A DNA stretch of 59,896 nt. It comes from an uncultured Johnsonella sp. (lineage in GTDB: Bacteria > Bacillota > Clostridia > Lachnospirales > Lachnospiraceae). Every line of letters starts with the position of its first letter. The stretch's first letter is position 1. The position numbers were made by a program, and so were the translations under genes. Under the pieces are notes generated by a model, which was not told the origin of the DNA, made no database searches, and saw only the letters and a list, made by a program, of their open reading frames with translations. The DNA lies in the NCBI GenBank assembly GCA_905373785.1, contig CAJPUK010000001.1:1-59896 (forward strand). The letters are read 5' to 3'. Positions 49,446 through 58,316 of this stretch are shown here, piece by piece.

Positions 49446-51113
49446 CTACGGTCTGTAAAGTATTTCTTTTGTAGGAATAGCACTAAGATCAGGTGAGTTG
49501 GTAGGTGCAGCAACTATTAAATCTAAATACTTCTTGCTGTCACTATCATACTGATAGTATCCTGTAACTCCGTTCTTTGTGTGCCACTTCGGTGTATATC
49601 TTGACTCATAAGCCGCAAGCTTATTGTCCATTATTATAAAATATGCACCTTCCTTATCCTTTACCACTTTTTTGTTACCCTTTACTATTCTACCGCTGGT
49701 ATCTACTACTTGGTAGAACAGTATTCTTGGACTATATGCCACTTCCTCAGTTACAGCCACAACTCCGTAGCCGTAGTCTTCGTCGGCATCAAGTCTCAAG
49801 CCGTTAATATAATACCTGTTGGTTTTCTTACCTAATATATCCTTGCTTCCGTAAGCCTTTCCTGTAGTAGGAGAAAAGCCGAAGGTACGCACTCCGTCAG
49901 CAAGCTCTATTTGAATCTCTCCGGTTTGCATAGAACCGTCATTCAACTTATTAGGTGAGAACAAGTAGAGGTCATTTTTATTGCCGCCATAGATGTCACC
50001 GTTTGCAAATTGCTCCGATGTAAATGCATCCATGTCATATCTGGCAACAAATTGCACATCTGTATTGTTGAAAACCACAAATCCGGTCTGCATTCTGCCT
50101 AAGCCGTCAAAGGCATACTTCTTACCATTAATGGTACGTATGGTATTCTTAAGTATTTTACCCTTGGAATCTGCATAGAACCAACTGCTTTCCTGATCAA
50201 TAAAGTCTTTTTGATCCATGATCTCAGAAGGATACATCCAGATCCACTTGTTCTTAAGCATCTTGCCGCCATCATAGCCCGAGAAGTACTTTACATCATT
50301 CTCCATTGTCGGGTTGGCAGGCTGTGCATTGCTTACACTTGCCTTTGACCACCATGGAACCATAATTCCGTACTCATCGAAGGCATACAGCTCTCCGCCT
50401 ATTGTTTTTTCTTTTATGGTATCTGTGTCAGTAGCGAATTTTTTGCCCTCACTGTCGAAATACATCCACATACTGCCATAGTCAGAGTAGCTTCTTCCAC
50501 TTACAGTACTCTGTATATTAGAGCCGCCCACGCCTGTGGTATCACTTATATAACCGTAGTTAAGCCACTTATTGTTATATAAAGCTCCGTCGTCACTTGC
50601 ATAGTACATCGCTCCCACGAAGGGATCTTCAGTCTCTATAACATTTCCCGTCTTGTCTATAAAGCCTGTAAGCATCTTGCCGTTCTCATCAAAAGCATAA
50701 TCCTTACCATCTACTTTTCTCTTGAAACCACCTCCTTGATTTACATAGGCTCTACCATCTGAACCGAAATAGTACCAGCCCGGTTGATAGTTGCCGTCAG
50801 GATCCATCTCAGGGGTAACTTCCAGCCATGAGTTTTTCAGCATCTTGCCATCCCCATCTACATAGAAGGTACCGCTGCCCCATTTGAAAATGCGGCTTTT
50901 GAGTATGGTTCCCTCTGAAGAAAGATAGTACCAATAGCCCTTACTCTGTTTCCAGACATCTTTCAACGGCATATCATCCCTATCCAGATACTGCCACTCA
51001 CCGGTCTCGTTAGTCCAACCGGAAACCGCATGTGCCGTGCCTGAATAAGCAAAGCCGAGTCCAAGTGCCAAAGATAAAGCAAGTGCTGTCTTGATTACTC
51101 TTCTTTTTTCCAT
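49446..51113 (-). CDS. Cell-wall-binding-repeat protein, first gene of module (~555 aa)
   Basis: Signal peptide AHA-V; YSDYG.MWMYFD, LGRMQTGFV, LNDGSM.TG, NGLRLDA shared with the 540-aa paralogue. Confidence 0.85.
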   Translation of the reverse strand: MEKRRVIKTALALSLALGLGFAYSGTAHAVSGWTNETGEWQYLDRDDMPLKDVWKQSKGYWYYLSSEGTILKSRIFKWGSGTFYVDGDGKMLKNSWLEVTPEMDPDGNYQPGWYYFGSDGRAYVNQGGGFKRKVDGKDYAFDENGKMLTGFIDKTGNVIETEDPFVGAMYYASDDGALYNNKWLNYGYISDTTGVGGSNIQSTVSGRSYSDYGSMWMYFDSEGKKFATDTDTIKEKTIGGELYAFDEYGIMVPWWSKASVSNAQPANPTMENDVKYFSGYDGGKMLKNKWIWMYPSEIMDQKDFIDQESSWFYADSKGKILKNTIRTINGKKYAFDGLGRMQTGFVVFNNTDVQFVARYDMDAFTSEQFANGDIYGGNKNDLYLFSPNKLNDGSMQTGEIQIELADGVRTFGFSPTTGKAYGSKDILGKKTNRYYINGLRLDADEDYGYGVVAVTEEVAYSPRILFYQVVDTSGRIVKGNKKVVKDKEGAYFIIMDNKLAAYESRYTPKWHTKNGVTGYYQYDSDSKKYLDLIVAAPTNSPDLSAIPTKEILYRP

Positions 51114-51678
51114 ACACACTCCTTTTCATTATTTTAGTAAAATTACTATAACAAATCAAACACACCAAACACCCTCGAACCCTTAGGGCAATATTCGACA
51201 GGATCCGAAATGTAAATAGTTCGTATAAATAAAAATGAGCCAAAGTGCCAAAGACCGGATGGACAAACAAAACACCTTTACATACCTTATGGTTGAGTAC
51301 CACAAATAAATACGCAATAGTATACTACCGCCCATTCCAACTTCTGACACTCTAACCCATCAATATCTATACCTATATGTTGATTTGCTTTTATTGTACT
51401 ACATTTTCTTTTTTTTTTCTTCTATTTTATTAAGATTTTTTTATTTTTGTTTAATTTTAAAGCCTTGCTTAAGATTTGCTTAATGCTCATTGTGTATATT
51501 GTGTTTTTATCTTGATTTTATGTAAGATTATTTGTATATTTATTACAATTGTTTATTTGATTATATTATATATTAATATAAGGAATTGTTACTGTTATCT
51601 GCTATAGAGCTATGTTTTAGGCTTATGAGTTTATAAAGCCATATTATTACAAGCCTATTCCCGGAATATAAAAATTGC

Positions 51679-51739
51679 ATAAATAAAGCAAGTTTAAGCA
51701 ACCTGTTTAATAACCCGTGCTAAAACTTGCTTTATTTGT
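51679..51739. terminator. Long hairpin downstream of the rocB-like gene
   Basis: AAATAAAGCAAGTTT.AGCA...TGCT.AAACTTGCTTTATTT inverted repeat. Confidence 0.6.
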
Positions 51740-51789
51740 ATCTATATCATAATTTCCGGCTTATATATCACTTTAATTGATATATCGAT

Positions 51790-53439
51790 CTACTTAAGTA
51801 AATTCATAACTGTCTTATATACCAGTTCAGGTGCTACGGTAAATGAATACTTCTTTTCTATTCTCTCGGTGAACTTGTGAGCATCCTTTCCGAATGCACC
51901 TATATCGAGTACAGGTACATCAAGCTCTTGCATATCTTCAAGCGGAAGCTCGTAAAGCTTTCCGAAGCCCGGCATATTCGCCTTAAATGCGGCTATGACC
52001 GCAGGATCCTTGGGTGCTGAGCCGTAGCTTAGGTCTGAAATGTACGGGAAGAACTTTTTGTATACCAGTTTGTAGTCGGACTTTGTGGTATTGACCGCCT
52101 CGTCAACCGCATTAAGCAAGTTCTTTTCCTTCTCATTCTTTCCTTCTATAAATATATGCGGATAGTATGGAGGGTTGATGTAGGTTATTATTACCGGATT
52201 CTTATCCGACCAGAGGTTATGCACAAGCTCCACCACCTTCATAGCCTTATCTCTTTGGTCTATGCTTCTGTCTTCAAGGAGTTCATCGGTTAGGCTTTCT
52301 ATTCTCTTATCAAGCTCTTCTCCCATCTCCGCCTTTACAAGCTTGTAAAGCTCTTCATAACTTAATACCTTGGTCTTAAAAGGAAGCGGCTTATACGGTC
52401 TTTTTGCCAATTTACAAAAGCCTTCGTATCTCTCGTTAAGATCTCTTAATACATTATCGAAACATTCCTTTGCCGCATCCATCATCTTGGCAAGAACCTG
52501 ATCCGGAGTGCTTGTATGTGTTGCATAATTGAAGAAAAGATATGCACACTTTGAAGTCTGTACCGAATACTCAGGTTTTAGGTCTCTTTGCTTTAAGGTT
52601 ATAGGGGGCAATGTTACCTCGCCGTCCGCCACTTCACAAAACTCCGGATTAAGATTTATTTTTCTTGTAAGCTCCGCTGCAAGCTGGTTGGAGTCAAGCC
52701 CCTTAAAGGACTCACCCACATGGGTTTCTTTTCCTACTATATAAAAGGTAGGCATAAGCTTTCCGACTGTTCCCACATATACATATTTATTCTCATCTCC
52801 CTCATACTCCGAGGTCATATAGTCTGTATCAAGAAGTGCCAGGTAGTCGTAACCCTCTTCTTTTTTAAGTCTTGCAAGTTCAGGTACCGCACTTAACATA
52901 CCGCCGGAGTTACCCTCTTCATCACCTACAGCTACATAGATAAGATTGCCCTCAAATTCTTTTATATTTTTGGAAATGTCTTCCATTATCGCCATGATGA
53001 TAGCATCTCCTATCTTCATGTCAAAAAGTCCTCTTCCGAATAAGTAGTCTCCCGACTCAAGATCCGCCTTTACCTCAGGCGGAAGTTCCAAAGACTTGAA
53101 CTTTTCCATAAGTACCTCGGGCTGTCCGGCAAACTCTTTTAAATCTCCGTAGTCAGCTATACCTACCGTATCAAAATGTCCAAGCAGTATTACTGTTTTT
53201 TTACTCGGAGCCTTCTCTCCCTTCAATATTGCAACGACATTCTTCCTATTTAAAAGGGGATCATTCTTAAAGGGTACATACTTTAAATTCTCAGGATGCT
53301 TTTTCCAATAATCCATTTCTGAAAATATAGCATGTATTCTTTCGGCAACCGCTACCTCTCCTGCCGTATCCACTACACTTATATGTGATGTAAGGTCAAG
53401 GGCTATCTCCTCGACCCTCTTTGATACTTCTGTATTCAT
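51790..53439 (-). CDS. rocB: M20-family metallohydrolase, RocB-like
   Basis: GHFDTV, FGRG..DMK.G, DEE.NS.GM, GKETHVG, FPYISDLSY, GKDAHK.TER. Confidence 0.85.
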   Translation of the reverse strand: MNTEVSKRVEEIALDLTSHISVVDTAGEVAVAERIHAIFSEMDYWKKHPENLKYVPFKNDPLLNRKNVVAILKGEKAPSKKTVILLGHFDTVGIADYGDLKEFAGQPEVLMEKFKSLELPPEVKADLESGDYLFGRGLFDMKIGDAIIMAIMEDISKNIKEFEGNLIYVAVGDEEGNSGGMLSAVPELARLKKEEGYDYLALLDTDYMTSEYEGDENKYVYVGTVGKLMPTFYIVGKETHVGESFKGLDSNQLAAELTRKINLNPEFCEVADGEVTLPPITLKQRDLKPEYSVQTSKCAYLFFNYATHTSTPDQVLAKMMDAAKECFDNVLRDLNERYEGFCKLAKRPYKPLPFKTKVLSYEELYKLVKAEMGEELDKRIESLTDELLEDRSIDQRDKAMKVVELVHNLWSDKNPVIITYINPPYYPHIFIEGKNEKEKNLLNAVDEAVNTTKSDYKLVYKKFFPYISDLSYGSAPKDPAVIAAFKANMPGFGKLYELPLEDMQELDVPVLDIGAFGKDAHKFTERIEKKYSFTVAPELVYKTVMNLLK

Positions 53440-53495
53440 ACATTCTCCTCTCAAAGCTTATATAGGTTATTTATCAGTTTTTATTAAGTTTTATT

Positions 53496-54923
53496 TTAGA
53501 TTTTTCTTGCCTTCTTATCTTCCATATCTGCCATATAGTACTTACCCGGAGTGTTAAAGAACTCTTTGACCTTCGCAGCTACATCCGGAGCCATCATTAT
53601 TACGGCTATCATATTAGGTATAATTACAAGTGCAAGGAAGAAGTCGGTCAGTGAATAAAGCACACTTAAGTCTCCGAATATTCCAGCTCCTGCAAGCACT
53701 GCCGCTACGTATACAAACTTCCATATATTTGCAAACTTCTCTCCGAATAAGAACTCCGCCTGTCTTTGCCCGTAAAATACTATAACTATAATTGTTGATA
53801 ATACGAAAAGGAATACGCAAATAGTAACTACAACATCTCCTGCAACTCCGAATATAGAAGAGAATGCCATAGATGGTACTGCACCTATATTCTTTGAGCT
53901 GATGCCGACATCCTTCCACATACCTGTTGAAAGTACGCAAAGTGCGGTAATAGTACATACTATAAGTGTGTCCACAGTTACTTCAAACACACCCCAAAGT
54001 CCCTGTCTTACAGGGTGGTCGGTATTGGCTGTTGCATGTGCTATAGGTGAAGTTCCCATACCCGCTTCGTTTGAGTACACTCCACGAGCCGCACCCCATC
54101 TGAGTGCCATAGCCGTTCCCGCTCCTGCAAATCCGCCTACTGCTGCAGTTCCGGTAAATGCTCCCCGGAAGATGCTTACTATTACAGCAGGTATAGCAGC
54201 TGCATTTACAAATATTACCACCAATGCTCCGAGTATGTATACACAAGCCATAATAGGAACCAAGTTGTCGGTAACTTTTACCAGGGTCTTAAATCCGCCT
54301 ATAGCAACAATTAATACTATAACGAAAATAATTCCGGCTCCTACATAAGGATGCACATTAAGTGTACTTAAGTTGTCTATAGCTGAAGCTGATTGTGCAC
54401 CTATTGACGGTATTATCTCAACCATTAACCAGAATGCAAACCATAAACCTAAGAATTTTCCAAGTCCTTCCATCTTGTTCTTGGCAAATCCTTTTTGTAT
54501 GTAGTAGAAAGGTCCGCCTACATACTCGCCCTTGCTGTCTTTTTCTCTGTACTCTACACCAAGTACTATTTCGGCAAACTTGGTACCGCAACCTATCAGT
54601 GCAAGTACCCACATCCAGAATATAGCTCCCGGTCCTCCAAGGGCTATAGCCACAGGCACACCTACTATGTTGGAAGCACCTATACTTGATGCAAGTGCCG
54701 CCATAGCTGCCGAAAACGGCGATACTTCATTAGGGTTCTCAGGCTTTTTCAGCATTTTGCCGAAAGTCTGTGAACAGATGTAGGGAAACTTTGTAATCTG
54801 CAAGAAACCTATACGCAGGGTAATGTATACACCGCCGCCGCCGATAAGTATAAGTATAGGTATTCCCCAGAACCAGTCTGCAAAGCCTACCAAGTAACCT
54901 ATAATACTATTAATCACACCCAT
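53496..54923 (-). CDS. Alanine/glycine:cation symporter (AGCS) family
   Basis: GGPGAIFWMW, GGPFYYI, RGVYSNEAGMG, HPVRQG. Confidence 0.95.
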   Translation of the reverse strand: MGVINSIIGYLVGFADWFWGIPILILIGGGGVYITLRIGFLQITKFPYICSQTFGKMLKKPENPNEVSPFSAAMAALASSIGASNIVGVPVAIALGGPGAIFWMWVLALIGCGTKFAEIVLGVEYREKDSKGEYVGGPFYYIQKGFAKNKMEGLGKFLGLWFAFWLMVEIIPSIGAQSASAIDNLSTLNVHPYVGAGIIFVIVLIVAIGGFKTLVKVTDNLVPIMACVYILGALVVIFVNAAAIPAVIVSIFRGAFTGTAAVGGFAGAGTAMALRWGAARGVYSNEAGMGTSPIAHATANTDHPVRQGLWGVFEVTVDTLIVCTITALCVLSTGMWKDVGISSKNIGAVPSMAFSSIFGVAGDVVVTICVFLFVLSTIIVIVFYGQRQAEFLFGEKFANIWKFVYVAAVLAGAGIFGDLSVLYSLTDFFLALVIIPNMIAVIMMAPDVAAKVKEFFNTPGKYYMADMEDKKARKI

Positions 54924-55170
54924 AATATTCTCCTCTCATATACATATGTGATAAGTATATATTTAATTTTGTCTGATTGTAGCATATTCCTTGGTGTAAT
55001 TCAACAATTTTATTTATGTTTTTTTCATCTTTAATATGGAAATTTAACATTTATTATATTAAGATAATCAAGATGGTATTGTTAATAATTTATCTTGGTG
55101 TTTAATTGTTGCGATATTCTGATTTGTCGGGGAGTTGCAACATAAACAGTAGCCGGATTAAGCAGCTATG

Positions 55171-55704
55171 CTACTCATTGAGTATGTATACCATCTCATG
55201 CCAGCTTTCGCCGCCCCATGTGGAGTTCGCCTGTCCAAGGTCTGTGTAACCCATTTTCTTATACATCTCAACCAAGTGCTCAAGGCAGGTGAGTATAAGC
55301 TTTTTTCTGCCCTTTTTAGTCTCTCTTTCTACATAGGTGCTCATAATCTCCCTAGCCAAGTTCTTACCTCTATGTTCCTGTAAAACATCAAGCCCAAGCA
55401 GCATAATGTTCTTTCCGTCAGGTTTATTCATTTTGGAATTTTTAAAAAACTCATCCCTGAAACTTTCTTCATCTGTTGCCAAACCGTTCAAAAATCCCGC
55501 AAGTCTTCCTGTACTCTTGTCAACTGCCACAAGGAAAAGCTCAGGAGTTTCTGCCACTCTGGCTCTTATCTGCTCGGCTGAGCAGGCTTCATTAGGAGGA
55601 AAGCATAATCTTTCTATGTGTGCCGCCTGCTCTGCCTCATCAGCTCTTACGCTTCTAAGCTCATAACCCGATGCTAAAACTTTGATATCTTCTCTTTTAT
55701 CCAT
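55171..55704 (-). CDS. GNAT acetyltransferase
   Basis: CFPPNEA, GLDV...RGK.LA, LTC...LV..Y.K.G, WGGE.WHEM; start uncertain (55704 or 55755). Confidence 0.85.
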   Translation of the reverse strand: MDKREDIKVLASGYELRSVRADEAEQAAHIERLCFPPNEACSAEQIRARVAETPELFLVAVDKSTGRLAGFLNGLATDEESFRDEFFKNSKMNKPDGKNIMLLGLDVLQEHRGKNLAREIMSTYVERETKKGRKKLILTCLEHLVEMYKKMGYTDLGQANSTWGGESWHEMVYILNE

Positions 55705-55797
55705 GTTTATCTTATTCCTTCTATAATTAGTAGTAGTTTTTAAAACCCTCTCCAAGGCGTTTATATTTTTATCTTACAGCATTTGTAAAGCACAGTT

Positions 55798-55848
55798 TTA
55801 TAGCTTATTTCTCCTGTTTTTTACTTTAATATTTATAGCTCCTATCAT
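55798..55848 (-). pseudogene. 16-codon stub translationally coupled (ATGA) to the DUF4869 gene; probable remnant of its partner gene
   Basis: MIGAINIKVKNRRNKL*; ATG overlaps the TGA of the upstream gene. Confidence 0.4.
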
Positions 55849-56303
55849 TGTACCTTAGCTCCTTTAAGATACTTGTCCGCAGCATTTAAAAATTCCTTCA
55901 TATTGTGCACTACCAGCTTTCTGTCATTAAGAATACGGATATTAAATTCTTTTTTACCAAAATCCATTATATGGTATAAAGCTATGGTAAAATTCCTCTC
56001 TTCTCCAAGTTTTAGAATCCACTTCGCACAGTTATCCCCACAATTCGATGCATTAAATATTTTACCCGGCTCATTCTTCATGAGAATAAGAGCTTTGACG
56101 CCTCCGGATAGTTTATCCGGTGGGATTTGCCCAAGAACCGGACTTTTGATGGTATGGGCATCTAAGACCTCCGATCTGTCAATATCTTTAATTACGGTTT
56201 TTGCAAATTCATCTATAAGCCAACTATCCTCATACCTATTTTTAAAATATACGGATGTGTTATATATTACACTATCCCTATCACCAAACCATACTCTAAG
56301 CAT
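55845..56303 (-). CDS. DUF4869-family protein
   Basis: YF.N.YE..W, I.DID.S, SPVLG.I.P..LSGGVK.LILM, FNAS.CGDNCA.W. Confidence 0.8.
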   Translation of the reverse strand: MLRVWFGDRDSVIYNTSVYFKNRYEDSWLIDEFAKTVIKDIDRSEVLDAHTIKSPVLGQIPPDKLSGGVKALILMKNEPGKIFNASNCGDNCAKWILKLGEERNFTIALYHIMDFGKKEFNIRILNDRKLVVHNMKEFLNAADKYLKGAKVQ

Positions 56304-56877
56304 AACCTTCACCTTCCCGTCATACAATAAAGTCTTTATAAAAATAAACCTATATTCCGATTTAGAAGAACCTTACCAAGTCTTGAAATGCCAGTGTATA
56401 GTATCATTAATATTTAACCTTATTATTACTTTGTTAATGGATCATAACAAATATATAATAAAGAAATTTAAGATCTATCCTGTTATTTCTGACATTAATT
56501 AAAAGTCAATGATACAATACACTAGTTGATCTATCAGTAATGTGGTATTTCGATAGTATTTATTTTAAAATATCCACCTGTCCAAATCTCTTTTCCTTTG
56601 CCAGTGTAACATACACAGCTGCTTTTGTCGACTGTAGGCAGGGTCTGCACCTTTATCTAATGCTTTTACTGATTTCATACATATATTTTTTATCGACTTT
56701 AAGTCTCTTGATACAAGTAATCAGAGACTAAGCAAATTTATAATTTATAAGTAAAGTGCAATACTAAATGCAACTTTTTAGAAAGCCAAAATAAGTGTAA
56801 GACTAAAATCCACTTTGCCCCCTTCACAGTGGAAATAAACTTTTCACTTCACTACTCCCGATTTTTTCAAAAAACTA

Positions 56878-56906
56878 TTGTATTTTTTATATTTTTTTGA
56901 TATTAT
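56878..56906 (+). promoter_or_regulatory. Promoter of the abiF-like unit
   Basis: TTGTAT-17 bp-TATTAT with TG extension. Confidence 0.6.
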
Positions 56907-56915
56907 AACTTCAAC

Positions 56916-56958
56916 TGTACCCGACACGCCTCTCAAAGATGCGTACCATGTCGGGTCA
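56916..56958 (+). ncRNA. abiF-motif-like RNA hairpin upstream of the Abi gene
   Basis: ACCCGACA/TGTCGGGT outer stem, ACGC/GCGT inner stem, asymmetric bulge; GC-rich island in an AT-rich leader. Confidence 0.7.
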
Positions 56959-56981
56959 TTTAATTTATAGGGAGGTTACTC

Positions 56982-57851
56982 ATGGAACTTAAAGAGCAAC
57001 AAGAACCTTTATCTGTAGCGGAGCAAATAAATAACCTCAAAGAATTAGGACTCACCATTGAAGACGAAGCACTTGCAAACTCCTTCCTTAATGATGTGTC
57101 CTATTTTCGTTTTATCAAAGCATACAGCCTCGGACTGAAGTTAAAGAACGGAAACTACAATCCCAATGTCACCTTCAATCAACTTAGGGAATTATATCTA
57201 TTCAATTCCAACTTCCGTCAGCTTATTTTTTCGCAGATAGAGCGTATAGAGGTAAACTTGAGATGCAGAATATCTAACTACATTTCTACAACATATGGCG
57301 TTCTATCATATTATGACAGTTTCTACTTTTCAAACTCTAAGTATCACTCTGCGTTTATGTCAGATGTAAATTCTGAGATAAGCAGGAATAAGCGTTCTCC
57401 ATTCATATTTAACTTTCAGAAAAATTATGTGGATGGCAAGATACCATTCTATGCATTAGTTGAGATATTGTCCTTTGGCACACTGTCCAAGTTCTTTAAG
57501 AATATGAAAAATCCCGATAAGAAAGCCGTAGCCCAAACCTTCGGTATTGGATATGTCTACTTTGAGAGTTGGATTGAAAGTCTTTCATATATTCGTAATA
57601 TCTGTGCACATTATGGAAGATTTTATAATGCCAAACTAATCAAAACCCCCAAGCTATATACTCAAGACAGAAAAAACGGTATTGCCAATAACCGTATCTT
57701 CGGAGTACTTATTTGTATGGCTCATATTCTAAAGAAAGATATTGCATGGAATTTGTTTATTGTTTCTATTGAGAAACTATTTGAAAAATATCCACATGTG
57801 AAGAAAGATACCATGGGCTTTCCTGATAATTGGAAAGAGCTTATAGATTAA
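56982..57851 (+). CDS. Abi_2 (AbiD/AbiF) family HEPN abortive-infection protein
   Basis: EQI..L...GL.I, SYFRF..Y, IE.IEV.LR, P.Y..VE.LSFG.LS, RNICAH (RxxxxH), MGFP.NW. Confidence 0.9.
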   Translation: MELKEQQEPLSVAEQINNLKELGLTIEDEALANSFLNDVSYFRFIKAYSLGLKLKNGNYNPNVTFNQLRELYLFNSNFRQLIFSQIERIEVNLRCRISNYISTTYGVLSYYDSFYFSNSKYHSAFMSDVNSEISRNKRSPFIFNFQKNYVDGKIPFYALVEILSFGTLSKFFKNMKNPDKKAVAQTFGIGYVYFESWIESLSYIRNICAHYGRFYNAKLIKTPKLYTQDRKNGIANNRIFGVLICMAHILKKDIAWNLFIVSIEKLFEKYPHVKKDTMGFPDNWKELID

Positions 57852-57876
57852 AAATCAATAACCTGCTTCTCCCCAA

Positions 57877-57923
57877 ATAAAATAAGCCGCCTTCAACAGT
57901 TTTCTAAACCGTTAAAGGCGGCT
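57877..57923. terminator. Hairpin between convergent abi and grdX
   Basis: AGCCGCCTT...AAGGCGGCT; T-rich tail on the minus strand. Confidence 0.75.
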
Positions 57924-58005
57924 CGAGGGTAATATTATGACTTTTTCTTATTCAAGAAAATGTCAGATATATTTTTCCATAGCATAAATAATATTAATAC
58001 TGCTC

Positions 58006-58251
58006 CTACATATCCTTGGTATTATCCTCATCTGTAGGATATATAAGCACCGAGCGATAAGGAGTCTGGTTGGGCTTAAGGCTTGAAGCCTGAGGATGCG
58101 TAAGTAATTGATGTTTTTCATACACATAATCTCTTACTTTTATCAAGGTATCTTCATAGTCTTTTGTATAAATACAGGCAAGTTTATCCTTATACTTATC
58201 ATAAACTCTGTCATTATTTGTTATCAGTATGGCTTTTCTTAACTCAAACAT
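58006..58251 (-). pseudogene. grdX: GrdX-family protein, apparently C-terminally truncated
   Basis: ILITNN, L.KVRD, LLTHP..SSLKPNQTPYRSVLI; stops at 81 aa just after the motif; no grd operon in the window. Confidence 0.6.
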
Positions 58252-58316
58252 ATTTTCCTCTGTTTTTATCTATACTTTTCATCCGTGTTTCTTGTCACTT
58301 TTCCTAAAAGGCGGTG

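Noticed and set aside
49433..49513. N-terminal extension of the 2255-aa ORF
   Set aside because: Overlaps the upstream gene; RBS and signal peptide indicate a start at 49432
55873..56502. 209-aa plus-strand ORF and the many other antisense ORFs in the track
   Set aside because: Shadows of well-supported opposite-strand genes with no recognisable motifs
56540..56660. Minus-strand fragment reading KGKEIWTGGYFKINT, reminiscent of the IS200 TnpA W..GYF motif
   Set aside because: Too short, with no HUH motif or intact frame; unsupported without a search
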